Assembly (NCBI GenBank): GCA_949358305.1
Contig: OX442314.1
Coordinates: 22,382,001-22,446,000 of the forward strand
Origin: Strigamia acuminata
Taxonomy: Eukaryota
Reading direction: 5' to 3'
DNA length: 64,000 nt
Shown piece after piece: positions 1 to 13,052 of the stretch (its first letter is position 1; every line of letters begins with the position of its first letter). The position numbers and the translations under genes are program-made. Under the pieces are notes generated by a model. The model made no database searches. It was not told where the DNA came from and worked only from the letters and a program-made list of their open reading frames with translations.

Positions 1-223
1 CATTTGCATTTTTGTTCTCAATGTGTCGTGTATCGCTTTGGAATTTGAAATATCTGTGTGTTCTGCATCAGATCTGTCTGGATTTACGTCAGACTCAATC
101 ACATTTCAATATATTTTATCTATATTTCGATTCATCTTGATACATCTCTTCCATTTTTTGAATTATCTCGATCGAAACTCGTTCAAAGTTTTTTTCAAAC
201 TCGTCATCGCTTTCTTCAAATTT

Positions 224-786
224 GTTGTAGAGCACCATCAAATTAGTACTATCCAACTTATCGTAGTCATCTTAAGTTAAATGTTTTCTTTTTAAAAAGG
301 AGACAAATCAGCTAAAATAAAACCAGCCATTGTAACAAAACTTAAATTTCTACTACAAAAATATTGAATTACTTAAATAAACGTATTCAAATGTGCATTA
401 TTATGCAAGTAAACAAGTAAAACCACTGCCTTTTTTTTTAATGCCTCAGTAATTATTTTATCACAAGAATAAAAAATTTCACTTTGCTGATTTTTTTCTG
501 ATTTGTCTCTTTTTTAAAAAGAAAACATTTAACTTAAGATGACTAAGATAAGTTGGATAGTACTAATTTGATGATGCTCTACAACTTTGTAATTGAAAGT
601 TTTGCTCTAACCTGATTGGTTTAGAAGTTAGCAAGTGAATAACCTTGAAAATGGCCTTTAAGGTCAAATTTGATGACATCATTGCATTGCTCTCACCCAA
701 CTTACTATACGATCGCTTCATCAAAGTTGGCCTAGATGCAATTGCTCAGGAAATATTTGAGGGGAACAGACTTTTCTTCCACCCTG
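224..786. mobile_element. Partial palindromic MITE (Tc1/mariner-like), left end missing
   Basis: Inverted arms at ~224-330 and ~486-585 (gttgtagagcaccatcaaattagtactatccaactta... and its reverse complement). A CACCCTG right-end-like motif lies at 780-786. It shares the gttgtagagcaccatc motif with the MITE at 3729-4496. Confidence 0.55.
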
Positions 787-3728
787 CATATAACTTATAA
801 CTTATATCGACACTTAGCCTTGATTGGCTGTTACAGAAAAACGTCTAATGGACATATCTTCCAATATATTCGATATGTCCAAGCGCCTCCTGGTGAGTTA
901 TTGGCAGTCGAAATACACAATGTTCAACAAATTCTCCTCTCGGACCACCAATACTCACTATGCGTTCTTTTATCCTTCTTTCGGTTTGGGCATATTAACT
1001 GGTGCAATCTTGAGTTTGGTCGAAATACACAATGTCCAACACAGACCACGGCTGATATTGACTTGGCTGACAAGATAATCATCGTTTGGTGACACATTAT
1101 TGGGCTTTCAAGCACTCAGATTATTATACATAATTGAAATAGTCATCTTGACTACTCGAAATTCTACTCTGGTACTTGTAATCCACTCGGTTTATCAGAA
1201 AGAAAAAGAGATTTTAGTTTAAAAAGTTTGAAATAATTTTATAGTTAGTTTTTTTTTTCAAACTCCATTAGGAATAAAAATCTATCATTTTTAAATAATG
1301 AATTTTTAAACCCAACAGAAATGTATAAATTATAGGGAAGATGGTATAAGTTATGTCAAAACAATAAACTTTGTAATATTTCACAAATAAACATTGAGCG
1401 CAGGTATTAGAATTTAAACCACCAAATTAGCAAAATGTTTTTTTAAAAATAAATTAAAAAGAAGTATGAAAAATTAAATTGTATAATTGTATACGGTAAT
1501 TACCTAATTCCCAGCATGCTTTTAAATTTCACTTTGAAGTCATATAACTAGTCACAGCTCACAAAAACCATACAAATACACTTAATTGATGAGTTTCGTT
1601 GATTGGTTTCCCAAGTTAAATTTAAGCTTTCTGGTAATTTTACTGTTGACATTTATAAATATCCACATTAACTTCTTTAATTTACGTCCTTTAGGCAATT
1701 AAAATGTCATATTTATACAGAAAACAAATATGACATATCTAATTACCTAAAAAAAAGAGTATTCAGTAGCAGTTTCGCATTTAATGTACATTTTTCTAAG
1801 ATAAAATTTATTATTCATAACATTTTTGGCGCTGTATAAACCAAACCGAACCTCCCCGTGCTTCTTTTTAGCATCAAAACATGATTCAAAACATTCCTAG
1901 CAACAGAGAACCGATCGAAAAATCCCTTTTATTTCTTCGAATTTTTTAAGATTTGTTAAAACTTCAATTGAACCGCTCTTAATTAATATTTACACAAGCA
2001 AATCACTCTTGCGCAAAACAAATTATGTTTACGATTTTTATTTTTAGCAGAAAACAGCTTTCTTTGTGCAAACACAATTCACAAAGGTCTACCGTAATAG
2101 TTTTCTGTTCTACCATTGTAAATAATTCAACGATAAATTTCTCAAAGCATATTTAATTCCACTTGTTTAAAACAACAACGACAACAACGCACGATACATT
2201 TAATTTCATGTTATCTCTCTGCCCTTCCAGTCAGGTTGCGCTCTCACAAGTGAATCGTCGATCGGAGGTCGCGACTTGAAATGTAAAGCCAAAAATAGCA
2301 CAAAAACAAATTTATATTCACAAATATTTCCACCTAACCTCTAACTTCAAACGAGCAAACTAATGAGAAACTAAATACGTAAACTTATTTTTAAAACTAC
2401 CCGTACGGTATTAAAATTTTCATCACTAACTTTGTTTATCTCAACATTTCGTACTTAAATTGCTCATAAAAACAGAAACAGACAGCATAATGTCAGAAAC
2501 ACACATATTTTCCACTCAAATTTCAAAATACTTTAAAATAAAAAAATAAAAATAAAAACCTTGCAAGAACCATCTCTCAGGAGTCAGGAGCAAGCGCCAA
2601 CTTCCATTCCAACACAAAGTCCCCTTGATATTTGTTGCTATACAGAAAAGAAAATGACTTGTTGAAGCGTAAATCAAGCCCTACTTGAGCCCTCCCGTCG
2701 CCCAATATGACAGATATTTCCTTGGCAGCTCCTCCGAGCTTATTTTAGCCACTTCCGCACTCGAAGGTTTGAGCAAGCAGCAACTTGCTATGATCTTGAT
2801 TCTTGACTGTAGTGGTAATAGGGAGGCAAGTTTCAAGAGAAAAAAAAAGGAAAATTGCATGCTGTTACTGCCAATGGCATTTACACTATCGTATCTGGTC
2901 GAGTCGTAAGAATCTGCTACTCAAGCAGCATTTCTCTTTTTTTTCAGTTTCGATTTTCACGTGACAACCAACCCATCAAGCTTTTATTTTCTTTTATAAC
3001 TTTTCGAACTATGCTATTCTAAAAGACTAAAGACAGATAAGATTCTGTCGAAATTTTTTTCTTTGGTTGTTTTTGACTTTATCACCAGCACTTTGCTAAA
3101 TCAGCCGAGAAAATGGATTTTTCAGAACTGTGAATCAAAAGACATTGCAAAGCACTTTCAGCCATTTGTAAAGGTCCCTTTAACCACTAATAGATCTTAG
3201 GGTTTACCCGGGAGAACATCAATTCAAGATTTCGACTTCAAAGATACTATTATTTTTGTTTTAAATACGACACCCAGTCGACATTCGGCAAGCATACAGC
3301 ATACGCAAAGTAGCTGCATTCGAAAAGCGTGTTTAAAATTGCAGTTAAAACATGTTTTGTTGTTTAAATGTCGTGTGCATGCCCGTTGGGACTGAAAGCA
3401 AAATAAATAAATAAGTTAGATCGAGACAAACATACAGTAAAGCAAACAGTTTAATTTTGTTTTAAAATGCTATTTACCGTATATTATCGATTAATACACG
3501 GGCCTTTAATAGCCTGCGGACCTTGATTAATACGCGGGGTCAAAATGAGTTTTTACAAATAAGGCGCGGGCCTTGTTTAGCGCGCGGGTCCAATTGTTAC
3601 GTTTCCAAAACGTATCACAATTGTTGTTACGTCTCGGAAACGTAACAATTGTAATCAACTAATCGCTCATTTAATAAAACCCCTTATTATTTCACCCTTG
3701 GAGAAAGGTTTAGCTGCTTTTAAATCTA

Positions 3729-4496
3729 CAGGGTGTCTCGCCGAACACCTACCAGGTGAATTATTTCATAATCATGTTAATTCAAAAAAACTTTTGATTT
3801 TGAATTGAAGTAAATGACATGTGACGAATTCAATGAAACATATTAAATTCATGTGACATTGTTGCATCATTGTTTTGCAACTCGTAACTTTTAAACCAAC
3901 AATGTTACGCAAAAAATGTCAATTGCAAAGTTGTAGAGCACCATCTAATTAGTCTAGAACTGTTCTTAAAAAAATTATTTCTTACTGAAAAGTTTTGAGA
4001 AAAAAAGGTTTGAAATGTTAGTCTACTCAGCTTTGTAACCTAAAACTATCATGTGGAATGTATTCCCAAAATAAATTATTTCCTTTCTTTTGTGTTTCCT
4101 CTCTTCTACTTACACATATGACCCAATAAAGTGTCCTAATTGAGGATTAGCTTGGTTGCCCCAATAGTTTTAGATTACAAAGCTGAGTTACAAAGCTGAG
4201 TAGACCAATGTTTCAAACCTTTTTTTCTCAAAACTTTTCAGTAAGAAATAATTTTTTTAAGAACAGTTCTAGACTAATTAGATGGTTCTCTACAACTTTG
4301 CAATTGACATTTTTTGCGTAGCATTGTTGGTTTAAAAGTTACGAGTTGCAAAACAGTGATGCAACAATGTCACATGAATTTAACATGTTTCATTGAATTC
4401 GTCACACTTCATTTACTTCAATTCATAATCAAAAGTTTTTTGAATTAACATGATTACCAAATAATTCACCTGGTAGGTGTTCGGCGAGAGACCCTG
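3729..4496. mobile_element. Foldback MITE, Tc1/mariner-type, 768 bp
   Basis: TA|CAGGGTGTCTCGCCGAACACC...GGTGTTCGGCGAGAGACCCTG|TA. Near-perfect inverted arms of >300 bp with TA duplication at 3727-3728 and 4497-4498. Confidence 0.9.
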
Positions 4497-5835
4497 TATC
4501 TACCAGGTAGCATAAAAATCCATTAAGATTCAAAGACATCAGTCTTGGCCCGGTCTCTTGACTCTGGAAAATGTGGTCAACTGTCTTGTACATCATTATT
4601 TAAAAAAAATAGACTGGGCAAATGCTGATGTCATGTCGTGTTACGTCAATGGCTTTTTGGGTCTGTGCTGCAGGGAAGGTTTTTTGTCCACGAGCGTACA
4701 GTGTTTTTGCAATAACATTAACCAACCATTTTCTTCGAAACAGTTGGTTTCTATAAAATGAATTTTCGAATTTAAACTAAATCATGCAATGAGTTATCAA
4801 AATTATTTTTAAATTGACCTTGAAATGTGTTTTTCAAGGTCACTTTCATCGCCGCCTAAATAATTTCCTGTTGCTCACTCAATGTAACAATTAATTATCC
4901 GCTGTCACCTCAGCACTTTACTGTATTTACACCCCAGGAGTGCTTGAAAATAAATAAATAAATAAATAGTCTGCCTAGTATTCAATTTGGAAGAAAAAAT
5001 CTTTCCGTAAAGTTTCGATGTGCCAAATTGTGAGTCAGAAAATATTTATTCAGTAAAAAGTTGTTCACGTGCATTAAAAATTACCTTTAACGTTTAACGC
5101 GTATCAGCAGTGCAGAAAAACCGTTTAGAAAGTGAATAAAAATTCCTTCCGCGATGCAAAAATTTTAAGCAAATAGACCGACCAAAGATGGTGCAACTTT
5201 ACTCATAAATTTCTGCACACCTGCACACAAGATGTGAATGCATTTGCATGTCTAAATAACTCTTCCAACCATCTATTATGAACTTAGCACTGCTGGAAAA
5301 CACAGCGACAGCATTAATGTGTCTTTTATTGGTGTGTTGTTGTACTTACTCCCTGTAGTCACAGCACATCAAACACCGAAAACAAAACAAAACTGGAAGC
5401 TCTATTAGTTGTTTTTGCACGTTGCGTCATCTATTTATCTTTAGCTATTGAACGTTCGTACTCAAAAACATGCACTTCACAAATGCTCATGGGTAATGGG
5501 TAATTGTTAAATTAGTGCCTGATCATTTATTCACAAAGACAATCCAAGACTTGCCTAACTGTAGATCCCCCGAGAAATTCTGGCTACATATCTGCTTGTT
5601 TCCAGGAGCGCTGGCAAAATACGTTTAATCGTTGTTTAAAAGATTAAAGAATTAAAGAGAGTTAAAAGCAAATGCAGCGATATACCAATAAGGTTTCTGG
5701 TTTCCTGTACTTTTAAATGTCCCGAGACTCGAGAGGTAACTTTTAAAAATTCCTGGAAATTCCTGGGACTCGGAAAATTTAAAAAAAAATTATAAATGTA
5801 CAAAACACAAAATATAAAAAAGAAAACACTATCTC

Positions 5836-6195
5836 AAAAATAACTAATTTTTAAGCGCATTCAATCCACCATACCTTTCTGCTGTCCTGATTACTGCAAG
5901 AATTGATGAGGCGAAGGCGACTGACGAGTCGGGAGTCACGATCGGAAAGAAAATGCGCTCGTGGTCGTGAAAAATCGGCGGTAAAACATAAACAAAAGAT
6001 AATATTTCGATATTAATATCGGTTTAATATCGAATTATCGTCTTATGTTTGTTTTCTGTCAACTTTTTGTCTATAACCGCACTTTAATTCCGTCGTGACT
6101 CTAGATTCGTGAGTTGCCTTCGCTTCATCATTTTTTGCTGTAATTACAGCTAGACAGGACGAGGAAATGCACTTAAAAATTAATTATTTTGAAAT
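5836..6195. repeat. Degenerate inverted repeat (old foldback/MITE remnant)
   Basis: ~5836-5960 is an imperfect reverse complement of ~6078-6195 (taactaatttttaagcgcatt / aatgcacttaaaaattaatta; gatgaggcgaaggcgact / agttgccttcgcttcatc). Confidence 0.6.
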
Positions 6196-6712
6196 AAAAT
6201 TCAATATTTTTTTTAATTTTATTTTTCACTTTAATCTTTACATTTATTATACTACATACTTTAACTTTCAATTTTTTGATAGACTGGTGGAAAAATACCC
6301 ACAGTTTCTGATTTTCACACTTGTCGCATTACGTTACGTTGTTATGTTGCGTTATCTTTCGTTATCGCATGGAAAATCGCAACACCTTATTTTTGGGACC
6401 GCGCATGCAGTACGCGGACATGCCTACAATTCGCGCCCGATATCTTGATGCTAAATTCACTCTTGGTCACTTCCCGGGCACACCGATCAGATTCGGGACC
6501 CGCAACTCCACCTGGTTGTGGGGAACCATGCCAGGTCCACACGCAGTGTATGGAGCTGCTTACCATAATAAGCTTAATGTGTACATTGTGTCATGCAAGA
6601 AAGTGATCAGCGCAGGGGCAGCCGGTCACACCATGATGTGGGTTGTGAGCACCCATGAATTAACTACCTTCAGTTAGCTGAATAAAAAGGGTGCTTGACT
6701 TTGCACAACTTC

Positions 6713-6912
6713 TTGCATTTGCACCGAGAAGTAAAAAAAGAAACAAATAAAACCCAGTTGGAGATGGGTGGCAGATGTTCTTGCCATAGAAACAGTACCA
6801 CAATCAGACAAGAATAAGAAACAATTAGGATTCCCAGCAGGTCACCCATTCAAGTACTGCACTGACCAAATCCAGTGCTCTTTATTCTTGGGAGAACATG
6901 TGGCCGGCACAG
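6713..6912 (-). mobile_element. 5S rRNA-derived SINE-like element (SINE3-type), diverged copy 1
   Basis: gattcccagcaggtcacccattcaagtact at ~6829 resembles the reverse complement of the 5S rRNA box C region. The adjacent non-5S body aligns by eye with 20421-20527. Confidence 0.55.
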
Positions 6913-7063
6913 TGTGTCGTCCCCATCCCAAAAACAAAATTCATTTAATCAAATTTGCAAATATGAATTGAAATCAGCTCCTTGTAGTGTTAAATCTGCT
7001 TAAAAATGTCAGTGGATTTGTCGAATATCCAATGGGGCTTGAAAGTTTCATCATTGAGTAATA

Positions 7064-7246
7064 CACTCGAAACTCTCTATAACGAATCGCGATATAACGA
7101 ATTATCGACATAACGAATACCTGAAAATGGCTGGTTTGGTTGACTAGCAATAGAACACCATGTAAAAAAATTTCGGTATAACGAATTCTCGTTATAACGA
7201 ATCGATTTTTCCGGTCCTTGCGATTCGCTATAAAGAGTTTTGACTG
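7064..7246. mobile_element. pogo/Tigger-like MITE, 183 bp
   Basis: TA|CACTCGAAACTCTCTATAACGAA...TTCGCTATAAAGAGTTTTGACTG|TA, with repeated TATAACGAA subterminal motifs. Confidence 0.8.
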
Positions 7247-9132
7247 TAGAAAAAATTAAAATCTTTTCCTCTCGTTGAGAATCAATACATGTTTGCGCCC
7301 ACGCAGTTTTTGTCGTTAGAGAAATGAAAAAGTGGACAGCCCGTTTGTATCGATTATTGATTACGATGAAGTTAATTCTATTTCTTCGAGCATTTTTTAC
7401 AGAATTGTAGGAGAGTCAGTGATTTATAAACGGACAGTTAGACTAACTTTTCTCAATAAAACAATCTCATACTACACGTTTGAAAATTTTACATGACTGG
7501 TTTACATGACGTTGTCAGGTTCAGATTGACATTAGGCTTAATGGGATTTTGCTATTGCTATTTGAATGCTTTCTTCTTTACAGAATGAGAGTGGGCTTAT
7601 AAATATACAGCGTTTGCTATTTGCAGCCTCGCTATCTACATCCCCTGTCTGACAGAATGACAGACTTCTGAAATTGTGTATTTCTTTCTCGCAGAGAGTC
7701 AGAAAAGTTTCTAGAAAGGCTTTCCAAAGTGCTTTTTAGCAGATTCAGTAAAAAGGAGTTATAAAACCTTTATAAAGTCATTAAATTCTAAAATGTGATA
7801 CAAACGGAAAAAAAAACTCATAAAAAATGAAAATGTATTTTTTTTTTTACACATTGTCATTCATCTCCAAAAATACAAAAAACGAGCGGAGAAAATATTT
7901 CACAATAACATGAAAAATTCCCTTCACTTCCCGAATCCATAAATTTCACACTTAGAAAGTTTGATAGACGGTCACCTGCTTTATACCATCCTCGACAGTC
8001 CATGCTTTATCACACAATACAACAATGACCGCTCGTTTATAAGAAGCCTTTTGGGAACTTTTCTGCCTATCAAAACACTAGATCATCCATTGTGTAACTC
8101 GGATGGGTTATAAAAAAACCAGAAGAAATACCCATGGATTGTTATTTTATTTTTACTGTTTTAATTGCAAGTTTCCGCGATATTTGCATGAGTGGTTTCT
8201 TTTCTTGTGCCCATTGAGGCAAACATTTTGGTTGTTTGTTCTTGTTTTACTTTATGGTAAGTTTATGTTACATTCTAATTCAGAAATTTCCTTCTATTTT
8301 ATTCAAATTAACTTGTTTTCAAGAAGTAACGACATAAACGAGCTGTGTACATCATAAAAGACGTCACACAACGTTGACATTGGTGGCTTCTTAACCGCAA
8401 GTCGATATAAGATTTCTCCCCAGCCACGAAAATAAAATGAAAGTTTCTTCAACATTTCTTAAATTCCACCAAAAAGTAACTCCAAACTTGATAAATGTCC
8501 GTAAATTAAAAATGATGCACACATTTAGTCAAATTTAATAACTATTCATCAGACGCAGCGTCATAAAACCCGAGTTGTTTAATCTAAGGAGAGTACTTAG
8601 TCTCCCTGTAATCTCCATGTTGCTCTAGGGATGAAATTATTCAGCCGAGTTAACTGCACATTAGTGACAGAATCAAATCCAACTTTCAAGTCGTTTGGCA
8701 TGTACGCTACTCAACTAAAATGCATGCAGACGCTGTAAATTAGTTCTTTGTGGATACATGATAAGAAATTGGCGCATTTAATGTTTTTTAATGTCCACAT
8801 AAACCAACTATGAAGTTCGCTCGAATGAAAACAACAATTTTGCATTTTTAAATCAATCTCTTTAAGCATTATCGTTGTTTCTACGCAAAGCACAACACAA
8901 AGCAAACAGCTATAAGGCTGCCCAATTAACAAATAAAAGAATTTGTCTTTTTTTTCTCGAGCAAAACTGACAATTGAAAACTTCCAATTATTTTTCTCAA
9001 TTTTGTGACAAGAAAACCTGAGATTGTGAGTCTTCCCAATGAACGATTTAACATCACATCTTGATAGATGCAATGTTTGATATCGTATCTGCATGGATGC
9101 GATGTGTGCTACTGGGGTTACTGTCCCCGTAA

Positions 9133-9965
9133 AGCTTGTTTACATTGTTGCAAAATTTAGCACGCAAAATCGTCGCAACCAAAAATTCACACGAAAAAAT
9201 TTGCTTCTCATGTTCTCAATGAAGCAAAGAGAAGTGATGAAGTGAAGTCTCGTTTAAATCGTGAAGTTGGTGACGGCATATGCTATCTCGTCTGTCATTG
9301 GCCAACGCGTGCAAACGAAGCGAAGCGAAAAAGTAGACTTCAAGTCTACTCTGAAATTTCGCATGCGAAGGGTTGCCACGCAAACTTTCACGCGCGAAAT
9401 TGTTGCGTTCGCATCAATTCGAACGCGATTTTGCAACATTGTAAACGAGCCTTTAAGGTTAGCACGCAAAATGGTCGCGCCCAAAATTTCGCACGAAAAA
9501 ATTCGCTTCTAATGTTCTCAAAGAAGCAAAGAGTGAAGTCTCGTTTCAGACGAGATTGTGCGAGATAACAACAAAGTACGTACCGGTAGCCGCTATGATT
9601 GTTATTATGGCAAGTGGATATTTGTTGTCAAAATCAAAATACAAATCCAAAAAAAAGGTTAGACAACTTAGGCGAATGCGGGTGAGGAAAATATAGAGAC
9701 ATTTATTTTCTTCCACTAATTGAACAAGAGAGAATTCCGTCTCACTTTTCCAACGTGGGGCTGCCATTTTAAATAATTGTGAAGTTGGTGATGTCATAGC
9801 TATCTGGTCTGTCATTGGCCAAACGAAGCGAAGCGAAGCGAAAAAGTAGACTTCAAGTCTACTCTGAAATTTCGCGTGCGAAGGGTTGCCACGCGAACTT
9901 TCATGCGCGAAATTGTTGCGTTCGCATCAATTCGAACGCGATTTTGCATCATTGTAAACGAGCCT
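9133..9965. mobile_element. PIF/Harbinger-like non-autonomous elements in tandem (short copy 9133-9452 plus a longer internally deleted copy ending at 9965)
   Basis: TIR (AG)GCTCGTTTACAATG-type with TAA/TTA flanks. The ~190-bp right end is present twice (9260-9452, 9780-9965). Internal remnants resemble a MADF-like N-terminus (minus strand, MAAPRWKSETEFSLVQLVEENKCLY) and a transposase-like N-terminus (plus strand, ...KKKVRQLRRMRVRKI). Confidence 0.7.
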
Positions 9966-10561
9966 TTACTCTTATAACTTCATCCTGCAAAAGACTTGCT
10001 TCATCATTTAAACTCTAACACCCCACATAATCTACTCCTACTAATTAGTTCTCATCGTTCAGCGTAAAATGTGCAAGGCCTTGTGAGGGAGAGCTAACAG
10101 GGCCCCCAACGTCCAAGATTATTACGTTAGAAACAAAATTTAAAAGATCAACAATACACGCACGAAGAATGAATGTTGCCCATTTTATGGATTTTATTCA
10201 CAGAAGTCGCACATCCTTTGACTGGTCTGGGCTATATCTCACCTCTCAAAGGCCCTGCAAATTATTGCTGGCTTCGACATGCATCAGTAAAATCTCCCGA
10301 TAACTTACTCGCTTTATTGAAAGAAGTTACTGATTACTCAAAAGGTGCTCCAGAAGAGTCCCGACAACTTGTTAATTATACTGAAGGATGGCACTGACTG
10401 ATCACATTAATCACTTTGTGTAGACATGTCCGCCTGCGGAGAAAACAAACTTTCCTGCAGTAACATTGGTTGAAGTTTGTTCCCAAGAAAACTTAAAGAA
10501 CCATTGAGATTTAATGAGATTCAGCATTTGCCCGGTCTATTTCTTTAATACTGTGGTCAAT

Positions 10562-10676
10562 GCAAGACAGTTGACCACATTTCCCAGCATGAAGAGACCG
10601 AGCCAAGACTGATATTATTGAGTCTCAATGGATTATTATACCACCTGGCAGATAAACTTACAAAAACAGCTAAACT
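10562..10676 (-). repeat. Dispersed repeat, uninterrupted homolog of the sequence flanking the 3729-4496 MITE
   Basis: Its reverse complement aligns with 3707-3728 joined directly to 4499-4590. Confidence 0.7.
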
Positions 10677-12022
10677 TGAAGCGAAGTTTATTTTCTCGGT
10701 GGGTGTTCATTGCTAACTTGTAAGACGCTTTTGTTGTTGCCTAGACAAACTCATCTCCTAATGTATGTTGTGATTGGCTGACATGATCACCTTATTATTT
10801 CCTTAGCGTCATTCAATACACTGGCAAAGAAGGCAGATAACGAGATTAATGTATTTTCTGGGCAAATAGAGTTTACAGATTACTTTTCAACAATGGCGTT
10901 CTGAACAAGGACAATATCACTTATCAGAGGTTCAAAAACACCGCGTATCATTTACTTTACATTAACAAAGTGCATGTCGTTAACGTCGGAAACTTATAGA
11001 AAGTAGGAATCAGTTTCTTAACACCATTCTGTTTGAAATGCACCGAACATCCTACGCACACATTAGAGCTAATATCCATTACCAGCACATGTTATGTCAA
11101 TAAAACTGTCACAATCAAAGCCAGACTGCTAATAACTTTACCATAACGTGAATGTAGTGCAATTTTAATTCAATTCGATTCGAACAAGTATTCGAATTGT
11201 TTCTCCACGCAAAACCATACAGTCAATCCTTTCTTGCAATAAAAAAGTTTCGTATTAGCAATACATTATGCCACCTAGCCGAGTTTCAGACCAACTTTTA
11301 TTCCCCAAAACCACAGCAGTAATGGAAAAAGTCAACCGTAACGAGCATGCCCAGCCCGTTCTAACCCGGCGAAGCGATAACAACAAACGACCGCAGTTTT
11401 CCTTTTTGTCGTTGTCTTGCTCGGTTTTCGAGTCGCTCATCTCGAGTCACAAATTCAGCTAAATGGATTTTAAATCCTCGCACATTTTACAACTTACACA
11501 TTTCCTATCAGATGTAACTCCGCGTCAACTTTTCAGAGATAAAAATGAAGTCAATTCCGGTCCCACTTCCTTTGCCTAACTTACTTAGAAACAACGAAAT
11601 GATGAAAAACAAAGTCACAACATTGCCATTACCAAGCAAATTACCCCGAAACGAGTAGCAGAATCCCAAGCGACACAAAAGAATCGATCGCGCACCACCA
11701 AAGCCTTTTCCTTTTCCTTACGACGCTTATGGACATTCCATGGACAAATGAGCATCTCATAACGGTCATTGAGGGCACCAATGATAAAAATTTATGTTTT
11801 TGCCCGCTGACCGAGGGAATCGCAAGAGTAATATTTTCATATTACAAACTTTTCTCGTCGTTTCTGCCACCGCAATTCAGTTGAGCAAATTGTTGCTGAT
11901 GTTTGTAAATTTGGGAAAACTATTGATACTAATATTAAACCCCAGTCATTCGCAAACTGTCTAAAAAGCAAAAAGCAAATTCGTGTTCACTTTATTGAGC
12001 CTTTGAGAAACAACATTTAATA

Positions 12023-13052
12023 CCGTAAATGGTATGATAGAACGCTCTACTGACTGATCCTAGATTTAGATGTTTGATTTCAATCAGTTTGGTAAATTTA
12101 AACAGTTATTTTAGTCGTTTTGTTCAATTTAGATATTGAATTTAGTTATTTTCATAGCACGACACCACCGCCAATGCACAACCGCCATGACTTTAACCGC
12201 CAAGTCACAACCGCCAAAATAATACCGCCAAACCATTACCGCCAAACCATTACCGCCAAAACAACCGACGCCAATGGTAACAACAGCCAATGCCCCAAAA
12301 TGGCTTAAAATAACAAAGAATGGATCAAAATTATGTCATTGGTCGAAAACGTCCAAAAACGTAACGAAAACATACAAAAACGTACCGAAAACGTTTCATA
12401 TGTTGCATACATACAGTGGTGTCATCAAGTTTTTTTCATCTTGTCCTCGTCTCCGTCGTCGCACTCGTTTTAGTAGTTTAATGGGTGCAGACTGCAGATC
12501 ATCCAACAATTTGGAAATGTATCTCCTGGTTGCAAAAAGAGCAAAGCCTGAATGAACTGAAGATCAATCAGTATTTAGCTGGGCAACGTCCTCCTTTAAG
12601 TAAAAAAAAATATCGTATTTGTGCAGAAAGACTCGCTCACATTGTTTCGGACTATGCAAACCGAAATATTTTGGATTATCTTAAAGGAATTGCCCATAAC
12701 TTTAACCTTAATCAATAAAAACTTTTGTAAATTTGATTTGCTGTTATATTCGTTTGTTTTCTGTTGTTTTTTGACAAATTTGACCATTTCAGGTCTTTGG
12801 CGGTCATTGGCGGTCATTGGCTGTTGTTACCATTGGCGCCGGTTGTTTTGGCGGTAATGGTTTGGCGATAATGGGTTTGGCGGTATTGTTTTGGCGGTAT
12901 TGTTTTGGCGGTTGTGACTTGGCGGTTAAAGTCATGGCGGTTGTGCATTGGCGGTGGTGTCGTGGAATCAGTTATTTTGGTCAATTTAGAGACCCGCATT
13001 GTAAAAGATACGTGTTCAATTAGCACCCCGCATTCAATGAGAGCATTTACGG
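12023..13052. mobile_element. Older TA-flanked MITE (CCGTA termini) interrupted by a MULE
   Basis: TA|CCGTAAATGGTATGATAGAACGC...GCATTCAATGAGAGCATTTACGG|TA, a degenerate ~23-bp TIR. Confidence 0.5.
12153..12969 (+). mobile_element. Internally deleted Mutator (MULE) element with a transposase C-terminal remnant
   Basis: ~140-bp TIRs built of ACCGCCAA repeats. Exact 9-bp TSD AGTTATTTT at 12144-12152 and 12970-12978. Internal peptide HPTIWKCISWLQKEQ...KKKY...RL..IV..Y...LDYLKGIAHN (~12490-12718) is typical of invertebrate MULE transposase C-termini. Confidence 0.85.

Noticed and set aside
736..1115. Overlapping 60-120 aa ORFs
   Set aside because: No recognisable domain or splice context. Not GPCR-like, so not an upstream receptor exon.
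9242..10018. Duplicated ORFs 9242-9568 and 9815-10018 (AKRKSRLQVYSEIS...)
   Set aside because: They arise from the duplicated non-coding right end of the Harbinger-like element.
10075..10440. GC-richer segment resembling a SINE core
   Set aside because: No pol III boxes, second copy or TSD could be identified by eye.
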